A stretch of 64,000 nt of DNA, taken from assembly GCA_963761305.1 (NCBI GenBank), contig CAVXGK010000002.1, forward strand, positions 2,848,001 to 2,912,000. The letters are read 5' to 3'. A program made the position numbers and the translations under genes. This document shows positions 9,761-20,043 of this stretch, in pieces. This stretch comes from an uncultured Gemmatimonadaceae bacterium. GTDB lineage: Bacteria > Gemmatimonadota > Gemmatimonadetes > Gemmatimonadales > Gemmatimonadaceae. The notes under the pieces were generated by a model, which saw only the letters and a list, made by a program, of their open reading frames with translations, searched no databases and was not told the origin of the DNA. Every line of letters begins with the position of its first letter. Position 1 is the first letter of the stretch.

Positions 9761-12700
9761 TTAGCGCGCCTCGACGTCGCTCAGACGAGCCAAACGTTTA
9801 CGAACGTCCGTCACCTGCGGCTGCAGCGCGGGATCGGCGTTCTTCCACAGGTCGAGGAATTTCGCATAGTAGTGCGCAGCCTTCGCGCGGTCGCCCTTCG
9901 CTTCAAACAACTCGCCGAGCCGTTTGTACGAGCCGGCGAGAAAAAATCGGTCCTGCTGGTAGCGTTGGAGAATCGACGTCGAATTCACATATCGCGTGAA
10001 CGCCTCGATCGCCGAATCGGGCATTTGCGCGAGGTCGAACGCCAAGCCCGTCGCGGGCAGGCGGCAGACCGTGCAATTCCCGATATCCGCAGCCTCCGAC
10101 TCGTGCGCCGAATCCAGATATCGGTGTTCCGCCATCGCAATCATACTCTCGATGGCGTGGCGCGTCCGAGACGCCGCCTCCTGCGTGTAGGCCGGCGAAA
10201 TCCGATCGAACTCCGTGAGCATGGACCGCGCGAGATCCGGCTTGCCCATCAAGGCGTACGCTTGCGCCAGGCCGCCGTACGGTCGATCGAGCGGCTGAAA
10301 ACTCGTCAGAGGCACGCGCCTCAGCGCATTCTGCACCATCGCGAGCGCCTTCGCCGTGTCATTGAGGAACCAAACGGCAACCAGCGCCGAGTCGACCGCG
10401 GACCCGAGCGCGGATTGCACATTGCCTTGCGCAATGTTGTACGCGGTGTTCAGCGCGGCCAGTCGCATCCCTTCGGCGATTTGGCCGCGCGTCGTCGCGA
10501 CGATGCCGGCGACCCCATTGCGTTGGGCCTTGAGGAACTCATCCGTCGGATTCGCCACGGACAGGGAATCCATGAATGCGATCGTGCTGTCGTACTGCCC
10601 GCGCGCGAACAAGTACGTCGCCCGGCCCATCGCGACGCGCGGATTGTTGGCGGAGACCTTCAATACAGTAGCTGCCGTCGAGTCCACCGCCGACCACTTT
10701 CCGAGCTCCGCTTCGTTGGTGATCAAGTTGTTGTAGCTCGTGACCGCCGCGGGATTCGACGCGACCGCCCGCCGCAACAACGCCGCGGCCGAATCGAACT
10801 GTCGCTGATTCGCGTAGAGCAAGGCGAGGTTGTTGAGCGCCGCAGCCTGCGTCGGCCGGATCGACAGCAGCTTCTTGTAGGCATCGGCCGCCTTCGTCTC
10901 GTTGGGATGCGGCCCCTGCGTCCAGTACGTCGCCACCGCGAGCCAGCGCTCCACTTCCGGCAAGCGCGCGGTGTCCGCGTACGCCCGCTCCATCGCCGCG
11001 ATTTGACCCTCACGGTCCAACCCGCGATTCGAGAGCGCGACGGCGAGGGCGCGATAGGCCGACGCGAATCCCGTGTCGATCTTCACGGCTTCCTTGAACA
11101 ACGGAATCGCCTTGTCGGGGTCACCCTGAGTCATCGCGCGCTGCGCCGCAGTGTACTTCTCCAGGGCATCGATCGACGCGGTCGTGACCTGAGCGAGTTC
11201 GGCCGACGCCTGCACGTGTTTGAGCGACTCGCCCATTTGCCGCCGCAGCGACCGCGTGAGACCGCCGATCGTCGGGATGAGATCCCTCGCGCCATTCGCG
11301 CTGCCGGTGAGCAACGCGAGATTCTGGCCGGAGTCCGCGCCGACCAGGCGCATCGTGACGACGAAGCCGCCGCTCGCCAGCGAATGGACTTCGCCGGTGA
11401 CGATCGCCTTCGCGCCCTCGCGCCGCGCCACGACGCGCGCCACCGCCGTGTCGATCGGTGTGTTCGCCGCCCGCTGCATGAGCTGGAGATCCGCGGCCAC
11501 CGCCTGCGGCGTGATGATCGAAATGACCGGCGACTGCCCGAGGTCCGCCCGAACCGCCTCGGCAATGACGCTCCCGAGCGTGGTGTCGGATCCGGTCGAT
11601 GCGAAATCGCCGATGAGAATCTTGTCGCGGTCGTGCAGCTGGCCGCTCGCCATGAGCGACTTGAGCGGGCCGAGTCCGAGCGGCCGTAGCAGCATGAGCA
11701 CGACGACGAGCAGCGCGAAGCTGCCGATCGCGCTCGCCATGAATCCGCCGGCGTGCCGCCAGGAGAGGTACGGACTCGCCCGGACCGCGATCGTCGACAT
11801 CGTCGCCGGCGCGGAGGCGGATGCCGTCGCCGTTCGAGGCGTCGACGCGGTAGCCCGACGCGTCACACGCTGCACGTAGGCCGTCGCGAGGATGACCGGA
11901 ATGCCGAACGCCATGATCCCGATCGTCGCCGGCACGACCCAATCCGGAACGCCGAACGCGACTTCCGCCGCCTTCGCAAGAATGACCGCCGCGGCGAACG
12001 CGACGACGTAGCTGATCGACGCACGCCGAAGACCTCCCGGACGGCTCGCGCCCGACAGCGACGCCGTCGAACCCGTCGACACGGCGTCGAGCACGCGCGC
12101 GATGTCGGCGGCGCTCTGGGGCCTCGCGTCCGGATCCTTTTCCAGACACTGCATGACGACGTCGGCGAGCACCGCCGGCGTGTCGGGACGCGGATCGAGA
12201 ACGGGCTGCGGCTTCGTGCCCATGTGCGCCGCGAGCAGCTTGTGCGGCGATGGCTCGTTGAACGGCGGCCGACCGGTCAGCATCTCGTACGCCATGCAGC
12301 CGAACGAGTAGATGTCGGCGCGATGGTCCGTGCTCGGATCCGCCGCGGCCTGCTCGGGCGCCATGTACGCCGGCGTTCCAATCGACATGCCGAGCTGCGT
12401 CAGCGCGCCGGCGGGAGATCCGGCGAGCGTGTCCGGCGCGCGGGCCGCGGTGATGGCTTTCGCGATTCCAAAATCGGTGACCGTCGCCGACGCGCCGCTG
12501 ATCAGCACGTTGTCGGGCTTGATGTCGCGATGGACGACCCCGCGCTCGTGCGCGTAGGCCAACGCGCGCGACACGTCGCGCAAATAGCTCACGCACTCGG
12601 CGATCGGGATCGGGCCGGCGGCCAGCCGCGCGCGAAGCGACTGGCCGTCGATGAACGGCATCGTGTAGAACGGCACGCCGTCCATCTCGCCGGCCGTGAG

Positions 12701-12931
12701 CACGGGCACGATGTGCGGATGCTGCAGGTTCGCCGCGACCTGGATCTCGCGATTGAACCGGTCGACGTTGACGCCCGCGCCGAGCTCCGCCGGCAGCACC
12801 TTGATCACGACCTTGCGGCCGAACGCGGTTTCCGTCGCCGCAAACACGCGCGACATGCCGCCGCCGCCCAGCTCGCGATCGATCTGGTATGCGCCGCCCA
12901 GCAGCGTCTGGAGTTGTTCGCGAAGCTCCAT
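9761..12931 (-). CDS. Membrane-anchored Ser/Thr protein kinase with C-terminal TPR domain
   Basis: LGGGGMSRVF, HRDIKPDN, DFG, GTPAYMAPE; TM segments; TPR-like C-terminus. Confidence 0.92.
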   Translation of the reverse strand: MELREQLQTLLGGAYQIDRELGGGGMSRVFAATETAFGRKVVIKVLPAELGAGVNVDRFNREIQVAANLQHPHIVPVLTAGEMDGVPFYTMPFIDGQSLRARLAAGPIPIAECVSYLRDVSRALAYAHERGVVHRDIKPDNVLISGASATVTDFGIAKAITAARAPDTLAGSPAGALTQLGMSIGTPAYMAPEQAAADPSTDHRADIYSFGCMAYEMLTGRPPFNEPSPHKLLAAHMGTKPQPVLDPRPDTPAVLADVVMQCLEKDPDARPQSAADIARVLDAVSTGSTASLSGASRPGGLRRASISYVVAFAAAVILAKAAEVAFGVPDWVVPATIGIMAFGIPVILATAYVQRVTRRATASTPRTATASASAPATMSTIAVRASPYLSWRHAGGFMASAIGSFALLVVVLMLLRPLGLGPLKSLMASGQLHDRDKILIGDFASTGSDTTLGSVIAEAVRADLGQSPVISIITPQAVAADLQLMQRAANTPIDTAVARVVARREGAKAIVTGEVHSLASGGFVVTMRLVGADSGQNLALLTGSANGARDLIPTIGGLTRSLRRQMGESLKHVQASAELAQVTTASIDALEKYTAAQRAMTQGDPDKAIPLFKEAVKIDTGFASAYRALAVALSNRGLDREGQIAAMERAYADTARLPEVERWLAVATYWTQGPHPNETKAADAYKKLLSIRPTQAAALNNLALLYANQRQFDSAAALLRRAVASNPAAVTSYNNLITNEAELGKWSAVDSTAATVLKVSANNPRVAMGRATYLFARGQYDSTIAFMDSLSVANPTDEFLKAQRNGVAGIVATTRGQIAEGMRLAALNTAYNIAQGNVQSALGSAVDSALVAVWFLNDTAKALAMVQNALRRVPLTSFQPLDRPYGGLAQAYALMGKPDLARSMLTEFDRISPAYTQEAASRTRHAIESMIAMAEHRYLDSAHESEAADIGNCTVCRLPATGLAFDLAQMPDSAIEAFTRYVNSTSILQRYQQDRFFLAGSYKRLGELFEAKGDRAKAAHYYAKFLDLWKNADPALQPQVTDVRKRLARLSDVEAR

Positions 12932-13077
12932 TCAGCGGCGCTCGAAACCTCACAGGGGGAAGACCGTCGGCGAACCTGCCCGAGGCCGGGAAAGCGCCCT
13001 TAAGCTAGGAAAGACGCAGAGGCCCGGCCAGTCGGAGCGCGTTTCGCCACCGACGCGCCGACACGCTCATTACAGCG

Positions 13078-14511
13078 TCAGACCGGCTGCGCGATGGGTT
13101 CGAGCGCGTCGGCGCGGAGCTCGCTCGCGGGCAGGCGCAGCTCGAACACGGCGCCGCCGCCTTTGCGCGACGTGTAGCTCACCGACCCACCTTGGATCTG
13201 CGCCAGTGTGCGGGCGATCGACAGACCGAGTCCCGCCCGTGCCGCCGCATCGGGCGCCGAGCCGGCGGCTCGGTAAAACGGCTCGAAGATCCGACCGCGA
13301 TCCGCGTCCGGAACTCCCGGGCCGCGATCCGATACCGAGAAGACGATCTCGTCTCCGTCGCGCCGCGCCGCCAGCTCGACGGCTTCCAACGGCGGCGAAT
13401 ATCGCGCCGCGTTCTCGAGGAAGTTTCCGAGCACGCGCAGTGATTGCGCGAAATCGAAAAAGCCGACGAGAGCCGGGCTGTCGAGATCGATCACGGCGCG
13501 CACGGGTCGGCCGTTGAACAACCCACGGGTCTGCCGGACCGCCGCGCCGATGAGATCCTCCGCGGTGTTGAGCTCCGGTATCGCCGAAAAGCCGCCGCTC
13601 TTCAAGCGCGACAGGTCGAGCAGGTCACTGACGAGCCGCGTGAGGCGGTCGGCCTGTTCTTCGATCGCCGCCGCGCCCTCGCTGCCTTGCAGCGCTTCGC
13701 TCTGCGCGAGCGCCTTGATCGTGGTGAGCGGCGTGCGCAAGTCGTGCGACACCGACGCCAGTACGATGTCCTTCAATCGGTCCGCTTCGCGAAGGGCTTC
13801 GGCGCGCTCCGCTTCGGCGACGAGCCGCACGCGATCGAGCGCGAGCGCGGCGTAGTACGCGATGGCGTCGAGAAATCGTTTGTGCGCCGCGTCGAGCGCG
13901 ACCGGAGCCGCGTTGGCGAGGCGCAGCGCGCCGACGGAGCGGTCCTGCACCGTCAGCGGGATCACGACCTCGCGCACCCGGCCGTCGGCGGTGGCGTTCC
14001 AGAGAGCTTCCACGCGCCCGGTGTTGGCGGTGATCGAGCACTCCGACATCCCGAGCGCGGTCTTGATGATGTCGGCGATTCGCGACGGCGCGTCTTCGGC
14101 GCGTCCGGCGCTCAAGGTCTCCGATCCGAGTCGCGCCAGCGACTCGACCTCGACGGTTCGGCGCCGCGCTTCCTCAGCCTCGCTGCGCGCGCGCGCCAAG
14201 AGGTTCGTCGAGACCAGCGCGGTGACCAGGAACGCGATCAGCGCCAGCCAATCGAGCGGCTTCCCGATCGCCACTTCGCCGTACGGCGGCTGAAAGTAGT
14301 AGTCGATGAGAACGAAGCCGGCACACGCCAGCGTGATTCCGAGCGCGCGCCCCGAGCTCGCGCTCGCGAACAGCACGATCAGCAGGTACATGAGCACGAC
14401 ATGCACCTGGTCGAAATCGCCGCGAAACTGGATCATGACCACGGTCACCGCCGTCGTGACGGTGATCGCCAGTCCCCATGTCAGGGCCTGGCGACGGGCG
14501 AGCTTCGACAC
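13078..14511 (-). CDS. KdpD-like sensor histidine kinase (DUF4118 TM + HisKA + HATPase), lacking N-terminal KdpD/Usp domains
   Basis: 4 TM segments with DYYFQPPY, SVSHDLRTPLT, ENAARYS, DRGPG, GLGLSI; GTG start 2 nt after KdpE-like stop. Confidence 0.85.
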   Translation of the reverse strand: MSKLARRQALTWGLAITVTTAVTVVMIQFRGDFDQVHVVLMYLLIVLFASASSGRALGITLACAGFVLIDYYFQPPYGEVAIGKPLDWLALIAFLVTALVSTNLLARARSEAEEARRRTVEVESLARLGSETLSAGRAEDAPSRIADIIKTALGMSECSITANTGRVEALWNATADGRVREVVIPLTVQDRSVGALRLANAAPVALDAAHKRFLDAIAYYAALALDRVRLVAEAERAEALREADRLKDIVLASVSHDLRTPLTTIKALAQSEALQGSEGAAAIEEQADRLTRLVSDLLDLSRLKSGGFSAIPELNTAEDLIGAAVRQTRGLFNGRPVRAVIDLDSPALVGFFDFAQSLRVLGNFLENAARYSPPLEAVELAARRDGDEIVFSVSDRGPGVPDADRGRIFEPFYRAAGSAPDAAARAGLGLSIARTLAQIQGGSVSYTSRKGGGAVFELRLPASELRADALEPIAQPV

Positions 14512-14513
14512 GC

Positions 14514-15254
14514 TCAGCGCGGTTGCTCGACGCGGTACCCCACGCCGGGCTCGGTGATGATGATCTGCGGCGTCGCCGGGTCGACTTCGATCTTTCGCCG
14601 CAGATTGGTGATGTGAACGCGCAGGTACTGTTGAGGACTTCCGAATTCGCGGTCCCACACGGCGTCGAAGATCTGCTGGTGGGTCAACGTGCGTCCGGCG
14701 GTGCTGAGCAGCGTCGCCAGGATCTGCCATTCGATGGGCGTGAGGTGGATCGGCACTTCGTCGCGTGACACGCGGCGGTTGATCGTGTCCACGATCAACG
14801 ACCCGATGACCACGGGCGCGGTGCTCGCGCCGGCGGCGAATGTCTTCGCGCGGCGAATTTGCGCTTTGGCGCGCGCCGCCAGCTCGAGTACGCTGAACGG
14901 CTTCGTCACGTAGTCGTCCGCGCCCGCGTTGAGCAGGTCGACCTTCTCGTGCTCGGAGTGACGTGCCGACAGCACGATGATCGGGACCGCGGAGCGCCGG
15001 CGGATCTCGCGGCACACGTCCACGCCGGCCATGTCCGGCAGTCCGAGGTCGAGCACGACCAGATCGGGGTGCGCCGACGTCGCCGCGTCCACGCCTTCGG
15101 CACCGTTCGCCGCTTCGTCGACTTTCACCGTGACGTCGCGCAGCGCGTCGCGCACCGCGCGGCGAATCTGCGGCTCGTCGTCGATGATCAGCACGAGATC
15201 GGCATCCGGTACGGCGGACGACCTGAACGGCGGGGCGTCGGTTTCCGCGGTCAT
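14514..15254 (-). CDS. kdpE: KdpE-like OmpR-family response regulator
   Basis: IDDEPQIRR, LDLGLPD, AGADDYVTKPF, QYLRVHITNLRRKIE, ITEPGVGYR. Confidence 0.85.
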   Translation of the reverse strand: MTAETDAPPFRSSAVPDADLVLIIDDEPQIRRAVRDALRDVTVKVDEAANGAEGVDAATSAHPDLVVLDLGLPDMAGVDVCREIRRRSAVPIIVLSARHSEHEKVDLLNAGADDYVTKPFSVLELAARAKAQIRRAKTFAAGASTAPVVIGSLIVDTINRRVSRDEVPIHLTPIEWQILATLLSTAGRTLTHQQIFDAVWDREFGSPQQYLRVHITNLRRKIEVDPATPQIIITEPGVGYRVEQPR

Positions 15255-15381
15255 AGCGAAAAAGTGGCTCATCGTTCGCTGGCCGGCACGACTGTTGGCA
15301 TTTCTTAGCGCAACGCGAGGCGCCGCGGAACGGCCCGTTTGCGAGACGGTCGTGGGCACGGATTCTGTTCCTGGTCGGTGC

Positions 15382-15759
15382 ATGACTCGGCAGCTCCTTT
15401 TTTCAATTGCGGCGAGCGCGGCTCTCGCCGCTGTCGCCTGCGACACGAACCCGCGAAATCAGATCGCTCTGGTCGGCCCACCTGTGATCGATACGGTGGT
15501 CTCGAACGGGGCGTTGATCATCACGCCTTCGTTCGTTCAAGTCGACGCCGGGAGCATCGTGCAGCTCTCGACGCCAGCGGGCACGTTCGCCCCGGACCTC
15601 ATTTGGGAATCGGACCGACCGTCCGTCGCATCGGTGTCGCAAACCGGCCTCGTAACGACCCTGCTCCCCGGAACAGCAACCATCACCGCCCACTTTTCGT
15701 TCGACCCGCTCACCCGCGGCTTCGCAACGATCGTCGTGACGCCCTTCGGCAACCCGTAG
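15382..15759 (+). CDS. Lipoprotein with Ig-like (Big_2) domain
   Basis: Lipobox AVAC; WESDRPSVASVSQTGLVT..PGTATITA. Confidence 0.75.
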   Translation: MTRQLLFSIAASAALAAVACDTNPRNQIALVGPPVIDTVVSNGALIITPSFVQVDAGSIVQLSTPAGTFAPDLIWESDRPSVASVSQTGLVTTLLPGTATITAHFSFDPLTRGFATIVVTPFGNP

Positions 15760-15812
15760 GGAGATCCGCTATCACAGCACCCATCGAGGCCGCCTCGTGT
15801 TTAATTATATGA

Positions 15813-16205
15813 GTGCGCCTCGATCGAAAACTGCTGCTCATCGCGCCGGCCTTCGTGCTGGCCCTCGTCGTCGCCGGAATGGTCTACACCGCGACCGAGC
15901 TTCAGGTTCTCGTCCAATCCAACGAGACCATCGCCGGGCGAAAAAGCTTCGTTGACGCGGTGGTCCGCGGCGAGAAGCCGCTCGACCGACAGCAGGCCGT
16001 TGGGATTCTCCAGGTGGCCCTCGACGTCGAGGCCAAGCGCAGCGCGGCCATCGTCGCGACGCGCGACCTGCTCATCGAGCTGGCCGCGGTAGCGCTCGTC
16101 GCCTGGGTCGTGCTCGCCATCGGCATTCGGGGCGTTCCGCGCGAACATTGGCCGCGTTTCGGACGCTCGCCGACAACGGACGCGGCGCGGCCGGAAAGCG
16201 GGTGA
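15813..16205 (+). CDS. Hypothetical membrane protein (2 TM)
   Basis: 130 aa ORF with two hydrophobic helices, fits between neighbours. Confidence 0.65.
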   Translation: MRLDRKLLLIAPAFVLALVVAGMVYTATELQVLVQSNETIAGRKSFVDAVVRGEKPLDRQQAVGILQVALDVEAKRSAAIVATRDLLIELAAVALVAWVVLAIGIRGVPREHWPRFGRSPTTDAARPESG

Positions 16206-16218
16206 CGCCCTCCGCGCG

Positions 16219-17394
16219 ATGACCCACCGCCACTACTACACCGACGCGTACCGGCGCGAATTCACCGCGACCGTCCTCGAGCGTAGCGCCGACGGGACCC
16301 GGCTCTACCTCGACGAAACCGCCTTCTATCCGACCTCCGGCGGCCAGCCCCACGACCTCGGGACACTCGGCGGCGTCGACGTGGTCGATGTCGTGGACGA
16401 GGATTCGCGAATCGCCCACGTCGTGTCCCGCCCGATCGACGCGGTCGAGCCACGGCTCGTCGGGCGCATCGACTGGACGCGGCGCTACGACCATATGCAG
16501 CAGCACACGGGGCAGCACCTGCTCTCGGCGGTATTCGAGGACCTGTTCGGCGCCAGGACAGTGAGCGTGCACTTCGGCCCCGAGTCGTCGACGCTCGACC
16601 TCGACGTCGAAGGCCTCACGCGCGAGCAGATCGTCACGGCCGAGTCGCGGGCGAACGACGTGGTCGGCGAAGCGAGGCCCGTGTTGGTGACGTTCGAAGA
16701 TGCCGCGACCGCGCAGGGACTCCGCAAGGCGTCCGAGCGGGCGGGCACGCTGCGCATCGTGTCGATCGAAGGCGTGGATCGGAGCGCCTGCGGCGGAACC
16801 CACGTTCGCACGACGGCCGAGATCGGGGCTGTGCTGGTCCGGTCGTCGGAGAAGGTTCGCAAGACGACCCGCGTCGAATTCGTCTGCGGCCGCCGCGCGC
16901 TGCGTCGCGCACGCCGCGACCTCGAGGCGCTGTCCGCCATAGCCGGGTCGCTGTCGTCGTCGCTCGACGACGCGCCGGCCGTCGTCGCCACGCAAAGCGA
17001 GCGCCTGCGCGACGCGGACAACGTGCGCAAGAAGCTCGACCGCGAGTTGAGCGCGTATCGCGTGCGCGAGCGTTACGACGCGACGACGCCCGATGCGGCC
17101 GGCGTGCGCACCATCGTCGTGCGCGACGCGGCGTCGATCGACGAGTTGCGCGCGCTCGCGCAGGCGGCGTTCGCGCTGCCGCGCGCCGTCGTCGTCGGGT
17201 CGTTGGCCTCGCCGCCGTCCGTGCTGCTCGCGTCGTCGGAAGATTCCGGCGTCGATGCGGGCAAGCTGTTGAAGGAGCGACTGGCCGCCGTCGGCGGACG
17301 TGGCGGCGGTTCGCCGCGCCTCGCGCAGGGGAGCGTTCCCGACGCGAGCGCCGTCGAGTCGGTCGTCGCCGCGCTCGTCAGCCGCGGCGGCTGA
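16219..17394 (+). CDS. Alanyl-tRNA editing protein (AlaX-like with DHHA1 domain)
   Basis: FYPTSGGQPHD, HMQQHTGQH, CGGTH, GGRGGG..AQG. Confidence 0.9.
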   Translation: MTHRHYYTDAYRREFTATVLERSADGTRLYLDETAFYPTSGGQPHDLGTLGGVDVVDVVDEDSRIAHVVSRPIDAVEPRLVGRIDWTRRYDHMQQHTGQHLLSAVFEDLFGARTVSVHFGPESSTLDLDVEGLTREQIVTAESRANDVVGEARPVLVTFEDAATAQGLRKASERAGTLRIVSIEGVDRSACGGTHVRTTAEIGAVLVRSSEKVRKTTRVEFVCGRRALRRARRDLEALSAIAGSLSSSLDDAPAVVATQSERLRDADNVRKKLDRELSAYRVRERYDATTPDAAGVRTIVVRDAASIDELRALAQAAFALPRAVVVGSLASPPSVLLASSEDSGVDAGKLLKERLAAVGGRGGGSPRLAQGSVPDASAVESVVAALVSRGG

Positions 17395-18466
17395 CGGCGG
17401 ACTCCCACACCGCGTCGACGGCATCGATCACACGATCCGCCGGCAGATCCTCGAGCGACGATGCCGGATGTATGACCATCCGTCCGGGATTGTCGTAGAG
17501 GCCCCACCGCTCGCTCTTCCCGCTCGTGTACATCGCGACGGCGGGAACTCGGAACGCTGACGCGGCGTGCGCGATGCTCGTGTCCGGCGTGATCACGAGA
17601 TCGGCGGTGGCGACGAGTGAAAACGCGTCGCGAATCGTTCCCGTCGACACGACGCGCGCGTCCGTCTCCCGCGCGATTCGCGCCGCTCGCTCCAACTCCG
17701 CCGGCGAGGCGATCACGCGCAACACGACGTCGGGGTGCCGCTCGCGGATGTGCAGCATCACCTCCGCGTAGCGACCGTCGGGCCACGTGCGCTCGGCGGT
17801 TCCGGCCGAGATGTTCATGAGCACGCGAATGCCGCCGCGGTCGGCCGGCCCCGCGCCCCACATTTGATTCGCTCTGGCGCGTTCGGTTTCACTGAGCGCG
17901 AGCGACGGACCGCGCGCCATCGTCTCGGGATCCACGTCGAACGCGCGCGCCAGGGCCGAGAGGCGATCCACCATGTGGCCGTCGGGGCGCGGATCCGGCG
18001 GCACGGTGATCGTGAACGCCGCGTCGTTCCCGCGCCCGGCGATCCCGATTCGATGATGCGCGCCGCTCGCCAGCACCAGGAGCAACGTCGTCACCGACGG
18101 TGCGGTGACCATGCAATCCACGACCGCGTCGTATCGCGCGCGTCGCAGCCGAAGCGCCGTCGGCACGTAGGACGCGAGCGAGTGCTTGTCGAACGAAATC
18201 ACGTCGCACACGTAATCGGCGCCTTCGAGAATCGGAGCGTTCATCGGCGACGCGAGCACGTCGAGCGTGATCGTCGGATGTGACTTGGCGATGGCGCGCA
18301 GCACGCCGGTCGAGAGGACCATGTCGCCGGCGCGGTCGTGGCGCAGAAAGAGCACCCGGAACGGGCGCTCGCTCCAGCGGGGCGACGACGGCGCCCTGCG
18401 CATCAGCCGCACAAGCGACTTGATCCACAGACCCCTCCACCAAAGCTCGAGACGCCGCAGCCGCAT
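17378..18466 (-). CDS. Glycosyltransferase family 9 (heptosyltransferase-like)
   Basis: RHDRAGDMVL, ERTWP, TPDTSIAHAASA. Confidence 0.85.
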   Translation of the reverse strand: MRLRRLELWWRGLWIKSLVRLMRRAPSSPRWSERPFRVLFLRHDRAGDMVLSTGVLRAIAKSHPTITLDVLASPMNAPILEGADYVCDVISFDKHSLASYVPTALRLRRARYDAVVDCMVTAPSVTTLLLVLASGAHHRIGIAGRGNDAAFTITVPPDPRPDGHMVDRLSALARAFDVDPETMARGPSLALSETERARANQMWGAGPADRGGIRVLMNISAGTAERTWPDGRYAEVMLHIRERHPDVVLRVIASPAELERAARIARETDARVVSTGTIRDAFSLVATADLVITPDTSIAHAASAFRVPAVAMYTSGKSERWGLYDNPGRMVIHPASSLEDLPADRVIDAVDAVWESAVSRRG

Positions 18467-18612
18467 GTAAGGAATCTATGAGCCCGTCTGGCCGTCTTGT
18501 CACTCGCACATTGAGTTTTCCCTTCCCGTCTTCATACTTCTGAGAATCGCCTCGACACGCCCGCCGCCGGGCGTCGACGAGGGCCCGGCCTCCTTCTCCC
18601 ACGGGTGGCGTC

Positions 18613-20043
18613 ATGTCACGCATTCGGTTCGTTGTAGTGGTCGCGGCGCTCCTGCCCGCGACCACGATCGCCGCGCAAGGCTCGAAGAGCGCGAGCAAAT
18701 CGGCGATCAACATTCCCTTCGAGAAGTACACCCTCCCCAACGGGCTCACCGTGGTCCTGTCAGAGGATCACACCACGCCCACGGTCGCCGTCGAGGTGAT
18801 CTACCACGTCGGCTCGAAGAACGAGATCCCGGGGCACACCGGGTTCGCGCACATGTTCGAGCACGTGATGTTCACCGGCTCGGGCCACGTGCCGTACGGC
18901 ACGCACGACCGCTTCACCGAAGGCGTCGGCGGCAGCAACAATGGCCAGACGTTCTACGACTGGACGCGGTATTGGGAGACCGATCCCTCGAACTATCTCG
19001 AGACGACGCTCTGGCTCGAGGCCGATCGCATGGGGTTTCTCCTCGATTCGCTCGACGAGGCGAAGTTCAAGGCCCAGCGCGACATCGTGAAGAACGAGCG
19101 GCGCCAGAGCTACGACAACCAACCGAACGGGCGCGACGGCGAAGTGATCAGCCTCGCGATGTACCCGAATGGCCATCCGCACTCGTGGCCCGTCATCGGC
19201 GCCATGAGCGATCTCACGGGCGCCGGCGTCGACGATGTGAAGCGCTTCTTCCGCTTGTACTACGCGCCGAACAACGCCACGCTCTCCATCGTCGGCGACA
19301 TCGACAAAGCACAGACCAAGGCGTGGATCGCCAAGTACTTCGGCGACCTCCCGCGCGGCAAGCCGATCGTGCGGCCGCATCTCGGACCGACGGCGCTCAC
19401 CGGCGAAAAGCGACTGACGTTCGAGGATCGCGTGCAGGTTCCGCGTTTGAACATTCGCTGGCCTTCCGCCGACCAGGCGAGCGTCGATGCGCCGGCGCTT
19501 CAGATGCTCGGCCGCGTGCTCGCCGGTTCGCGCACCGCGCGCCTCACCAAGCCGCTCGTCTACGACGCGCAGTCCGCGGCGAACGTGAACGCGTTTCAAT
19601 CAGGGTTCGAGGGCGACGGCGAGTTCACGGTCGTCGCCACGCCGCGACCGGGGCATACGCTCACCGAGCTCGAGACGCAAGTCGACTCGATTCTCACACG
19701 TCTCAAGAAGGACGGCCCGACGGCCGAAGAGCTCGAGCGCGCGAAGGCCGGGCAGGAATTCGCGTTTCTCAGCGGACTCCAGTCGAACCTCGGCAAGGCG
19801 TTCGAGCTCGCCGAGGATCAGACTTTCTATAACGACCCCAGTTACACGTTCCGCACCGAGTATCCGCGAATTCAGGCGGTGACGCCGGCCGACATCAAGC
19901 GCGTCGCCAACAAGTACCTCGGCGACAAACGCGTCGTGCTCAGCAACGTGCCGCTCGGCAAGACCGACCTCGCGTCGCACTCCGACAAGAGCACCGTCGT
20001 CACCGATCCGCTCACCGAGATGACCACGGGGATCAAACCATGA
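18613..20043 (+). CDS. M16 zinc peptidase, catalytic subunit
   Basis: Signal peptide; GFAHMFEH (HxxEH), NERRQSYDN, YYAPNNA. Confidence 0.92.
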   Translation: MSRIRFVVVVAALLPATTIAAQGSKSASKSAINIPFEKYTLPNGLTVVLSEDHTTPTVAVEVIYHVGSKNEIPGHTGFAHMFEHVMFTGSGHVPYGTHDRFTEGVGGSNNGQTFYDWTRYWETDPSNYLETTLWLEADRMGFLLDSLDEAKFKAQRDIVKNERRQSYDNQPNGRDGEVISLAMYPNGHPHSWPVIGAMSDLTGAGVDDVKRFFRLYYAPNNATLSIVGDIDKAQTKAWIAKYFGDLPRGKPIVRPHLGPTALTGEKRLTFEDRVQVPRLNIRWPSADQASVDAPALQMLGRVLAGSRTARLTKPLVYDAQSAANVNAFQSGFEGDGEFTVVATPRPGHTLTELETQVDSILTRLKKDGPTAEELERAKAGQEFAFLSGLQSNLGKAFELAEDQTFYNDPSYTFRTEYPRIQAVTPADIKRVANKYLGDKRVVLSNVPLGKTDLASHSDKSTVVTDPLTEMTTGIKP

